Assembly (NCBI GenBank): GCA_009103225.1
Contig: RHPI01003156.1
Span: 1,050,159-1,114,158 of the forward strand
Length of the DNA: 64,000 bases
Source of the DNA: Chlorokybus atmophyticus
Taxonomy: Eukaryota > Plantae > Mesostigma and Chlorokybus algae
Reading direction: 5' to 3'
A model generated the notes under the pieces. That model worked only from the letters and a program-made list of their open reading frames with translations. It was not told the DNA's origin and did not search any database. The translations under genes were made by a program, and so were the position numbers. Positions 12,315 to 23,720 of the stretch are shown piece after piece; within the stretch, counting starts at the first letter, position 1, and each line of letters starts with the position of its first letter.

Positions 12315-13485
12315 TGTAACGGGAAGGTACATTAAATTACCACAAATCGACCATAAAAGCACCAAGTCTTTTGTGGTCGAGTGGGCTGTGACATTGGTCA
12401 TCGGAGCTTGAGACCCGGGTTCGATTCCTGCCTTGCACACGAATTCCGCGGTCGTTGTTTCTCGATCCAATAATCGTAAATGGTCACTTTATGAGTGCCA
12501 TCATCGATGGGTCGCGACCTGCCTAATGGCAGTCGCGCCGAAGTGACCTGACCAGTTCAGTCGGCGCGGCAGGGCGCGACCTGCCTATCGCGGCGACGCG
12601 ACCTGTGGGGCCGGCAGCGGAGCGCTATGCGCGCGTTGACCGGTATGGGCCTATATTGGCCGGTCCTTGGCTGTGGGGCCGGTGACCGACCCTAACAAAC
12701 CCCTTGGGTAATTCCCCAGCTGACCGCGCAGCTGCCGAGGACGTCAGCGTTCTTAAGTGGAGGGGAATGTAACGGGAAGGTACATTAAATTACCACAAAT
12801 CGACCATAAAAGCACCAAGTCTTTTGTGGTCGAGTGGGCTGTGACATTGGTCATCGGAGCTTGAGACCCGGGTTCGATACCTGCCTCGCACACGAATTCC
12901 GCGGTCGTTGTTTCTCGATCCAATAATCGTAAATGGTCACTTTATGAGTGCCATCATCGATGNCACTCGACCACAAAAGACTTGGTGTATATATGGTCGA
13001 TTTGTGGTAATTTAATGTACCTTCCCGTTACATTCCCCCCCACTTAAGAACGCTGACGTCCTCGGCAGCTGCGCGGTCAGCTGGGGAATTACCCAAGGGG
13101 TTTGTTAGGGTCGGTCACCGGCCCCACAGCCAAGGACCGGCCAATATAGGCCCATACCGGTCAACGCGCGCATAGCGCTCCGCTGCCGGCCCCACAGGTC
13201 GCGTCGCCGCGATAGGCAGGTCGCGCCCTGCCGCGCCGACTGAACTGGTCAGGTCACTTCGGCGCGACTGCCATTAGGCAGGTCGCGACCCATCGATGAT
13301 GGCACTCATAAAGTGACCATTTACGATTATTGGATCGAGAAACAACGACCGCGGAATTCGTGTGCAAGGCAGGAATCGAACCCGGGTCTCAAGCTCCGAT
13401 GACCAATGTCACAGCCCACTCGACCACAAAAGACTTGGTGCTTTTATGGTCGATTTGTGGTAATTTGATGTACCTTCCCGTTACA
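12315..13485. mobile_element. Palindromic TG...CA element with 5-bp TSD (CAAGG); each arm is built from tandem 453-bp units carrying tRNA-like A/B boxes
   Basis: CAAGG(12310-12314)|TGTAACGGG...CCCGTTACA|CAAGG(13486-13490). Unit starts at 12315 and 12768 on the plus strand, and at 13485 and 13032 on the minus strand. N join at 12963. A box TGGTCGAGTGG at 12374-12384, B box GGTTCGATTCC at 12418-12428, purine tract GGAGGGGAA directly before the second TGTAAC. Confidence 0.85.
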
Positions 13486-14079
13486 CAAGGTGTGTTTTAA
13501 AGTTCAGTTGCTCATAAACTTAAGAGCGTTGTGCAGAAATTTGCAACTCTCACCAGCAGGCAAGTGAGAGGTCAATGTGACATGACATGCCTCAATCCAC
13601 AAGCTCGGCAGATTGCGCACCACGTGATTTAGCACGCGGTGCATATGAGTCACATGTTGGGCTTGGTGTCCATGCGGATTGCTTGTGCATTGCAATGGGC
13701 TTGTGGCGTGGCGCTTTCGGAGAGAGCAACAGCCGTGTATGCGGGGTGGCCACTTCGACAACATGTCGCAATGACCACTTTATCCCGATTGGGTCGAATC
13801 CAATGTTGTAGTGCTCTTAACGCAAGGCCTACATGCATCCAAGCAACGCGCACGTGTTGTGTGGTTGCTAGGCAATTGGCATTAACAATGCAAATGGCTT
13901 GTATCATGTTGCTTGTGAACTTGCATCATATGGATGATGCACGGATGTAGATAGCATTCATCTTCGTAGTCTAAGTGAAAAACGTGTAGTGGATTGAGTT
14001 GCACAACATGATGTGCCATATGCGACATCGTATTGGCCCAACACCAAGCTCACAATCATCGCTGAGATGCCAACTACCA

Positions 14080-16600
14080 TATATCAAGCGTCACATGCTT
14101 GAATCAAGCAACACCAACCAAGCACCTAGGCCCACTTCATCTCGCAAGAAACCATCCACTTGATACATGTCATACACCAATGAGGGCGGGTGCGAGACGG
14201 GGCTGGGAGTCTCAGGGGTGTCCGCCTTGGGGATTCTCGTGGACATGAGCAATTGCAAGGGCAGGGCGTTGTGCAGCACATCAGCCGGCAGCCTGCCTGC
14301 CAATTAGCAGTACGCCTCTCTGGCGCGTGCGTGCGCATGCATATCAGCATCGGACGAAGCATGCACACTTGTCTCAGTAATCTTGTCATGGCCACTGCAA
14401 CAGACTGGCAAACATGTTAATGCGTCACGTAAAACCTCTTTGCATGTGTCGCGACACATTCGCAATACCATTTGCACTGATTTGTTGGTACACATAGCCC
14501 TGGTGCATGTTAGCAGCACTCTGTGATGTATAGATGCTGATTACTACTCTTAAGCTGACAATTCACAAAAGATGCTTAACGTATGCGAACCAATGCTGTG
14601 GACACGTGTGCAACATCGCAACCAAGCACAACAGCGCAATCGCAGCAGCGGTTATCACCATTGTTGCACTATCACGCATGTGTTTACAACACCATGCCAT
14701 CCATACCGAAGGAATATCCATGTTCAACAAAGCCACGCGCACAGCGCCAACTCCAACCAAGCGCACGCACCTGTCCACCTCCCCAGCTTCCGTGTCGGTG
14801 TCCACCTCCCCGCGTCGCCATTTGTGGTGGTGCCACCGCCGCCAGCCGCCTCCTCGTTTGCTGGGCGCGTGCGCAATGAGCACGGTCATGCATGCGTCCA
14901 ACGTGTCCGCCAATTGTATGACCGTAAGATGCAGTCCGGCAGCGTTCACCAGCTTTAGTACCTGAAGCAGCAATCGAGCATCGACAAGTGTGGCAGCAAT
15001 TCGGAGCACAATGACAAACCTAAACCACAATGCAAAGCTCTCAGGATCACACATGTAGGCCAATGACAGGCTCACATATTGCAGTGGACACAAGCGCATG
15101 CACATGCACGCGCTGCCATGAGTATGGCTCGTGCGTGTGCCGCACGCACGTCACACTACGGCGTGTGTGTGGTGGTGCGTGTGCATGTGCGCAGCACTCA
15201 CTTAATCATGTAAAGCTGGGTAGATGCCGGCAGCGCGGGCAAGCAGTCCATTGATAAGATTTTCCCATAAAGGACCCATTGCAAGCTTACAAGTCTGCGT
15301 ACTCCACAACGATGTTGAGAGCAAGTTTTCCGGCCGTTGCGCAAGGGCGGCACAAAACCGCTTCCTCCTCCAACACGGCGCGCTCGAGCGCGGGGCTAAG
15401 CCGGCTTATCCGTCGATGAACTGCGCAAAAAGCTCCTGTCTAGCAGTGCGCGCGAGGGTCAATGCCACCTTACGTGCAACGACATCCCTCTGAGCAAATG
15501 GCACGAGGGCGTCGACATCCGTAGTTATGCTAACATCAATGTCGTCGCTTATATTCGCACTATTATTGGTAGTCTCAGCAATGCTTTTTAGCAGCCGCGC
15601 GACTTTTGGGAAAAAAGTTGATTAAGGGACTTGTGCGGGACGGGCATGTAGATGTTGTCCCGCAGCATCTTGCTTGCGCCATTCGCAAAGAGGATCAGCT
15701 GCGCGTAGAACCGCAGCATGTTGTCGGTGCGGATAACACTCTCGGTTTCCGACCCCAATGCCTGCCAACACAAAGCACTTCAATCTTGCAGGAGGATAAC
15801 AAACAAATGCTACGTAATGAAATCCTTTGATATAACCCATGAGATAAGCAGGAGATGCAAGTGAGCAGTGTTGCACGCGTGCGTTTGACCACACATGGCT
15901 GCACGCACGTGCAACGGCCACATTACTAAGCACACGTTTTTATGAACAAAGCATACAGAGCAAGGACAAACGCATCAGTAGCTGGATGATGATGTCACCT
16001 GCAGAGTGCACAGGGTCTCGAGGAGTATGAGGTGCAGCGTGGGCGGGTCACGGAGGACCATCCCGGCGTCACCAAGGGCAACGGCGGTGCCATTGTTGCT
16101 GCTGTTGCCACGCTGCCCTCGTCCTCGCTGCTGACACCCGCGGCCGCATCAAGGTCCATGATGTTCGCGACAGCGCCACACTTTGGATGTCGTCCACGGA
16201 ACGGTGCTGCCGGCGATGGCGACAATGTGAACGTGGACGGCAGCGGCAAAGGAAGCGAGATGAACGACGAAGTGAGCTCCCGCAACTGACCTTCTTTCAC
16301 CCTCCCATCGCGCAAGCACGCATCTAAACACCCATTGTTGTTGTTGCATGCAAGTGTTCCCGCACTTCTGTGGATGACATGTTACCATGCGAGTTTGTGG
16401 CAGGGGTCACGCGCGCAGATGTCCGCGGCGCCGGCTTCTTCGGAGTTGTGCACAGCCATGAGGAGCTGCGAGCACATCGTGCAAATAGCCACATTTGCGA
16501 TACTGCCCCCACCGTAGCCAACATCGCAGTAGTGCTTGCGCAGAAGGGACAGCAGACTCCCGTACAGCCTCCACGACTGGCCCACCTGAGTAAGGACCAT
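14080..16600 (-). pseudogene. Partial (C-terminal half) tandem duplicate of NELF-B, disrupted
   Basis: Exon-by-exon paralogy with 17070-19680. Acceptor AG changed to GG at about 16333, 1-nt frameshift at about 16110, frameshift at about 15610, premature TAA at 14304-14306 (AREAYC*). Confidence 0.85.
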
Positions 16601-17165
16601 AGCAATTTTAACTGACAAAACACTCAAGGGTCCGAAGATACGCACATCTACACACATACAAACATGCGCATGCATGGACGAACACGGATGCGGGCACGCG
16701 CACGCGCACGCGCACACACACACACGCGTGTACACGCGTGCTCACACACACTAATGCACACGGCATAACGTGCAGCCATCACTATAGCTATTGTATGGCT
16801 AGCCTATTTTGAGCAATTGCTAGACAATCTTAAAAATGTATTTTGCGCTATAATTATTTTGTAATGCCAAGTCAAGTTTGCGCGTGGACATTAAAACACA
16901 GCTTGTCAGCGTGTGGTATGGTTAATATCGTGCATTGACCGCTTGAAAGGTTGAATCTACACATTCCCTCATCGTTCTTTTGTACACGTGCAAGCATGAC
17001 GAACATCATGACTATTAGCATAACCATTCATGGATGGCAACCACCCTTTCAATACGACAATTCAAGTGTTAATTCAAGCAATACCAACGGGCACCCTCAA
17101 CACACTTGAGGCCCGCTGCACCTTGCAAGGAAACCAATCACTTGATACTTTTCATACACTACTCG

Positions 17166-20100
17166 TCAGGGCGGGTGCGAGATGGGGCTGGGAGTCTCAG
17201 GGGTCTCTACCGCGAGGCTTTTTGTGGAAATGAGTGAATGCAAGGCCGGGGCGTTCTGCAGCACCTTCGCCGGCAGCTTGGCTGCCAGCTGGTGATACGC
17301 CTCTCGGGCGCGTGCGTGCGCGTACGAATGCGTGTCGGCGTCAGATGAGGCGTGCACACTTGTTTCGGTAGTCGTGTCATGGCCACTGGAGCACACCAGC
17401 ACACGTGAAGTTGAGCAAAAGTCGCACAACGCTTCTGTGCATGTGTCACAGCATTGGCAATACATTTGCACTACTACTTTAATGCTACACATGGCGCTGG
17501 TACAAGTGAGCGGCACTGACCATTGCACAAAACATGGGTATTTTGCGCGACCAACTGCTGTTGTGCAGACCAGTGCGATGGCCCAACTGAGCACACGACA
17601 ACATCGCCGCAACAGCAGCTGACTCTAACGCTGTCGCCATATTACGAGATGTCCTCAACACGATCATGACACACCCAATCTGAGGTGTCAACAGCGCAAT
17701 CTGAGGTGTGCACAGCAATTCCAGCACAAACCACCAAGCACGCGCACCTGTCCACCTCCCCGGCTTCAGTGTCGGTATCCACCTCCCCGCGTCGCCGTTT
17801 GTGGTGGTGCCGCCGCCTGCTGCCTCCTCGTCTGCCGGACATGTGCGCGATTAGCACCGTCGCGCACGCGTCCAGCGTGTCCGCCAGCCGCGCGGGCGGC
17901 AGATGCGGCTCGGCAGCCTTCACCAGCCTCAACACCTGCAGCAGCAGTAGAGCATATGCCACATGTAGCAGCAATGCTGAGCACATCAATAGTGTTAAAT
18001 CGCAATCTCCTTCTCAGGAACAGACATGTAGATAGTAGCTCAAATGCACTAGGCTCGTCTTGCAGTGGACACAAGCGCATGCAGATGCGCACGCCGGCGA
18101 AAATGGTACATGCGTAGTGTGTGCATGCGTGCGTGCGTGCATGTGTTGTGGTGTGTGCGTGTGATGGTGCAAAGAACCCACCTGGTCATGTAAAACGGGG
18201 GAGGTGCCGGCAGCGCGGGCAAGCAGTCCGTTGACAACAGTTGACCATAAAGGGCCTTGCACGAGCTTCTCAAGTTGAGCACTCGACAACAACGACGACG
18301 ACGTCATGAGCAAGTTTTCCAACCGCTGCGCGAGGGCGGCGCAAAACACCGCTTCCTCCTCCAGCACGGCGCCCTCGAGTGTGGGGCTAAGTCCACTTAT
18401 TAGTTGCTGAACTGCGTGGAAAGCTTTCCTGTCTAGCAGTGCGAGCGCGAGGGTCAAAGCCACCTTGCGCGCGACAACATCGCTCTGAGCAAAGGGCACA
18501 AGGGCGTCGATATCGGCGCCAATGCTTACATCAGTGTCGGCGCCGATATCCAGACTATTGCTAGAATTGGCGATGCTTTTCAGCAGCCGCGCGATTCTGG
18601 GGAAGAAAGTGGATAGGAGGGACTTCTCTGGAACGGGCATGTAGAAGATGTTGTCTCGCAGCATTTTGCGTGCGCCGTTTGCAAGGAGAATTAGCTGTGC
18701 GTAGAATCGCAGCGTTCCATCAGAACGAATCACACTCTCGGCTTCTGACCCTAACGCCTGGCAACACAGCACAGTTCAATCTTTGCACACCGACGGAAGT
18801 GTGACAAGAGTTGCAACCGTTATCAAACTTTGATACAACCTATCTGCAAACCTCTCATATGTAACGCAGTGTGCAGGGATGCAAGCACTTGAAGTGATTT
18901 AAGCAAACATGCATGTGGCCACATATGGCTGCTCGCACGCATGCATGCACGCACGCACGCGCGCGCAACATACATATTTTATGCAAACAGGTTGTAGACA
19001 AAGCAAGCAGACAATTGATGGTGTACAAAGCATTGACAGATACCTCCGTAGATGGAATGATGATGTCACCTGCAGGGTGCGCAGGGTCTCGAGGAGTATG
19101 AGGTGCAGCGCGGGGGGGTCGCGGAGGACCATCCCAGCGTCGCCGAGGGCAACGGCGGTGGCATCGCTGCTGCTGTTGCCAGCGCCGCCCTCGTCCTCGC
19201 TGCTGACGCCCGCGGCCGCATCGATGTCCACGACGTTCGCAACAGCGCCACGCTTCTGATGTCGGCTGCGGGATGGCGCTGCCGGCAATGGCGACGACGT
19301 GGACGTGGACGACAACGGCAAAGGAAGCGAGTTGAACGACGAAGTGAGCTCCCGCAACTGACCCTCTTTCACCCTCCCGTCGCGCAAGCACGCATCCAGA
19401 CACCTGTTGTTGTTGTTGTTGTTGTTGTACCGCAAGTTGTCTGCAAGTGTTCCCGCACATTTGTGATGACATGTTACCATGCGAGTTTGTGGCAGGGGTC
19501 GCGCGCGCAGATGTCCGCGGCGCCGGCTTCTCCGGAGTCGTGTAGAGCCATGAGGAGTTGCGAGCGTATTGTGCAGACAGCCACGTTTGCGACACTGCTT
19601 CCAACCCCACCAACATCACAGTTGTGCTTGCGCAGAAGGGACAGCAGACTCCCATACAACCTCCATGACTTGCCCACCTGTGTAGATAGTCACAACTGTC
19701 AGTAAAAAAACATTCAAGCAGTAGAGCACACGCATACATACGCGCACAAGCGGTTACGCATGCACGGACACGCACGCACAAACACACATGTGTGCGTGCG
19801 TTTGAGTGTGCACCAACACACAAGCGCACAAAATCGTGCCCACGCCCACGACGCACGCCCCAACGCGCGCGTGGGTGTGCATGCACACGGAAGCACACGC
19901 AAACACGCACGCACGCACACAAACCTATGATTGACCGCCTACACTCTGAGACAGTTCACGACTGCGCAGAGAAAAGTGCTGTTTACACTGTCTGCGTGCA
20001 CACGCATACAAGCTCTCACCATCTGAACAAGCTGTTGCAGTTCGCGGTTTTGCGCTCGCCAGGTCTTGCGAAAGTGTGCATTGGCGTGTGCGGCCGGGAG

Positions 20101-22255
20101 CATGCGCTCGTTGTCAACCTCATCACCATCATCGCCCGCGTTGCTGGCGTCATTGCGCGCGTCCTTGGGCGGAGGAGCAGAGAGGGCAAGCTCGCCAAGG
20201 GAGCGCAGCTGCTCGGCAGCGAAAGCCGGCGCCGACCACGCCGCGCGCAGGAGTGGCAGCGCGTGCGACTGGAACAACACCACATCCTGCTCCCACACCT
20301 GCGAAGTGAAAGCAGATATGTTGGAGTGGAGTTGGTTTGCACAGCTGGAGCAACAACTAAGTTGGAGAGATCGAATGTGACTCAAACAACCCTCCAAAGC
20401 ACAACTGACAGTGTTGGGGAATACTACTCATTCATGACAATCGGAGTTGAAGTACTGCATTAAGTGAAAGCAACGCTGTTATTTGCTGTATGGTTGTAGT
20501 TTTGAAGTCTCGGCCTGTCAGTGTGCTTAACATACGCTCGTGTGTTCACGTGCATGTGTGTGTACCTGCTGGTGGACGGAGCGAGGCAACTCTTTGAACA
20601 GCTCCTTGTCTGCGCTGAGCTGCAAGCAGGCTAATAATAATCACAATTTAGCTGCATGTGATGAGATGATACCGGATGCATCGCGACAAGGGATTGCAAT
20701 TGCCTGTTTGAGGAACTCTGGTGGGACTGGCCGCAAGCGCTCCAGAACTGCGAGAGGGACCGCCCGAAGCTCCGGGATGCTCACGTAAGCTGCAGACACA
20801 ACAGCATACATCAGCATGCACACGCTGTTCTGCAATGTTAAGGCGCACGCGCAGGCACATGTGCATGTAGGCCCGTACGCACACGTAGCACTTTAACACA
20901 ATTGATGCCATCCATGCACGCATGTATGAATGCTGGGAATACGAATGGAGAAGCACTGCATCCATTTGCATACCCAAGCACAAGCTGTAGTATTGTTCAC
21001 ACCCTATGCAATGCATTCAGATCTCACGGAAGGAGGCAGTGAGGAGTGCGAGCAGCTGCTTGTGTGACAGCTGCGGCAGCTGAAGCTTGCTTTTGTCCTT
21101 GCTGATGACGTCCTTGCCGCTGTCGTCCTTGCCAGCCTCCCCATGCTCGTCATCGTGCTGGTGGACCCTGCGCAGGAGTGCACCGCGCGCCAGGGCCAGC
21201 GCACCCGCTGCTGCGCGCGGGAGAGACAGACCGAGGTGCTCCAGCAAAGCTGCCGACAAAGGTATGCGCACGCACACATGCATACGCACACTCATCAGTA
21301 TGATTTGTGGGGATTGGCTGCATTCGCTGACAGTGCCCTGCTTGTGGAAGCTAGCAGACTACATGCATGCATGCATGCATGCATGTAGGCATGCATGCTT
21401 CTACGCATGCACGCTTGTGTGTGAACTATGTACACCTTTGCAAGAGTATACGCTTACCTGAGAGCAAAGTCTGCAAGCCACAATGCATGCATATCTGTGC
21501 ATGTGCAGCAATACACAAGAAGCGTCTGCATGCAGTAAGTGCACTCATTGACTGAGTACACCGATTGACATAAAGCGTGTGCATGCAACAATGCATGTCT
21601 GTGACGCATGCGCCGACAAACCGTGTGACCAACAGCGAATAGCAACAGCGAGTGCATCACACAAAGCTACATGGTGGATCAAAACGTCACCGCAACACCA
21701 CTAGCGAGCTGTGTCTATGCGCACGCAAGCCAACAAGCGTCCAGCAAGATGCCCCATTTCCGCATAACCCAGACAAAACTAGCGATGCGGCTACTCCTCA
21801 TGCAAAGCGCAAAGCAGGCATGGTATTGAGGTTTAGCGCGGGCGTTACACATATCTGATTGGAACGACTATTGCAAAAGGAGGAGTACTGAAAGACCGGT
21901 AGAGCAAACTTGGGGTTTGGGGTTTGGGGTTTGGACGTAAGTGGGCAGGAGAGTAGAGGGCAATGCTTTTGAGAGGATTAAAGAGGTTTGCGTTACTGCT
22001 TACCGAGGAGGGGGGCGGCGCAGGGATCTCTGAAGCCGGTGCGCTGCTGGATCTGAGAGATGGCTTTGGTGGGGTCCAGGGAGGATGCCAGCACGCCCGC
22101 TACATACTCGCTGCCCTCGCCGGCGACCAGCCACCGCCGCCGGGACGCCACCGCTGCAGCCGCAGCTGAAACGAGGTCGGCAGCCACCGTGGCAGCCTCA
22201 TCCTCCCCACCCCCGCCACCCCCCGCGTGTTCCCGCACTTCTGTGGATGACATGT
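17166..22255 (-). CDS. NELFB: Negative elongation factor B (COBRA1) homologue, multi-exon; 5' end uncertain
   Basis: Collinear matches to metazoan NELF-B: VLASSLDPTKAISQIQQRTG ~ TLTNCTEPLKAIEQFQTENG; PELRAVPLAVLERLRPVPPEFLK ~ PSLQPVVMCVMKHLPKVPEKKLK; LSADKELF...QVWEQD ~ VMADKELY...QIWQDN; QLLMALHD...ICARDPCHKLAW|CLDACLRD ~ ELLMSLHD...ICTVDPCHKFTWCLDACIRE; VLRDPPALHLI ~ ILCDPFAINTL; LILLANGARKMLRDNIF ~ LLALGQGAWDMIDSQVF. Stop at 17166-17168. Confidence 0.9.
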
Positions 22256-22736
22256 TACCATGCGAGTTTGTGGCAGGGGTCACGCGCGCAGATGTCCGCG
22301 GCGCCGGCTTCTTCGGAGTTGTGCACAGCCATGAGGAGCTGCGAGCACATCGTGCAAATAGCCACATTTGCGATACTGCCCCCACCGTAGCCAACATCGC
22401 AGTAGTGCTTGCGCAGAAGGGACAGCAGACTCCCGTACAGCCTCCACGACTGGCCCACCTGAGTAAGGACCATAGCAATTTTAACTGACAAAACACTCAA
22501 GGGTCCGAAGATACGCACATCTACACACATACAAACATGCGCATGCATGGACGAACACGGATGCGGGCACGCGCACGCGCACGCGCACACACACACACGC
22601 GTGTACACGCGTGCTCACACACACTAATGCACACGGCATAACGTGCAGCCATCACTATAGCTATTGTATGGCTAGCCTATTTTGAGCAATTGCTAGACAA
22701 TCTTAAAAATGTATTTTGCGCTATAATTATTTTGTA
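22227..22736. repeat. 510-bp copy, apparently identical to 16354-16863, abutting an N join
   Basis: Constant offset of 5873 nt; no differences found by eye; ends at the N at 22737. Confidence 0.9.
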
Positions 22737-23720
22737 NGGCCCAAACTCAACCTACACGTTGCTGCACTGTGCCTGCTTGTCTCTCTACCAACACAGGGCA
22801 CAGGGCAAAGGCCATCTGAGGCAAGACAAGACGACACATGCAGCATAGGGTAATAATACCCAGGGGCCAAGCACTCGCATGAATACAAAGCATTTCACTC
22901 GAAGCTACGGGGCTGGTGCTATGTGCTATGCACTGAGTAACAAGGAAGCAGTGCCGCTTCAAAGGCAGGCAGGAACAGCAGCACCACGCAGCTACCTGCA
23001 GCAACCAGCATGCTGTTGCTGAGAATGTGTTGCAACGCACGCTGTAGAGTGAGCAGCTGGCTTGGGCTACGTGTGGTATGCGCTTTGGTAGTTATGTTCT
23101 GCCTCGGCCAGCACGGACATTATGTTACGTGCAGCGCAGCAAACTGACACAACCCTTTGCACACCACACAGTGTACAACACATAGGATGCAGGGGTTGTA
23201 TTTACAACGCTGTTTGCGTAGTTGGGTTGATGCTGGGCACTTGCAAACATCTGGGCTTAATTGTGTCAGTGGCAGGTCTTTGGCGCTGAGCCTGGTTGCA
23301 AAAGCTCAACTCTGGGTTGCAGCCGATGTAGTACCAATTATTTCTACTCCACGCACCTTGCTAGCTATAGTTTTCTGTCAGTGCATGTGCGTAAGCCCTT
23401 CTTGTTATAAAGAGGGCAGCACTGCACTTTCTGATTGGATGTGTCTTCAGGCTGTGACTGCAGCTGCCCCGGCTGGACGACTGCAATAGCGCCTGCTGTC
23501 ATTCCAAGTGAAATGCTAGCGCGCGTACAGCATGCATTGTAATACTGGCAACTTGACATCTTATGCTAGGTGGTGTGAGGGTGCAAACAATAAACAACTG
23601 CACCCATGTAAAACGCTCTGCACATAGAATGAACAGCACTTGCTATCTGCTGCTGCTTACATAATCGCTACGCAACACCTACTTAGAAATGCAATACACA
23701 CACTACAATAGCTGCCGTCG

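Noticed and set aside
12367-12440. Functional tRNA gene inside the palindromic element
   Set aside because: A and B boxes are present, but there is no acceptor stem and no 7-nt anticodon loop; it is tRNA-derived at most.
11242-13485. CRISPR-like array
   Set aside because: The units are 190 and 453 bp with no unique spacers, the context is eukaryotic, and there are no cas genes.
21912-21934. (TTTGGGG)3 as an interstitial telomere
   Set aside because: Only three units, inside NELFB intron 1, and different from the TTTAGGG implied by the telo-boxes.
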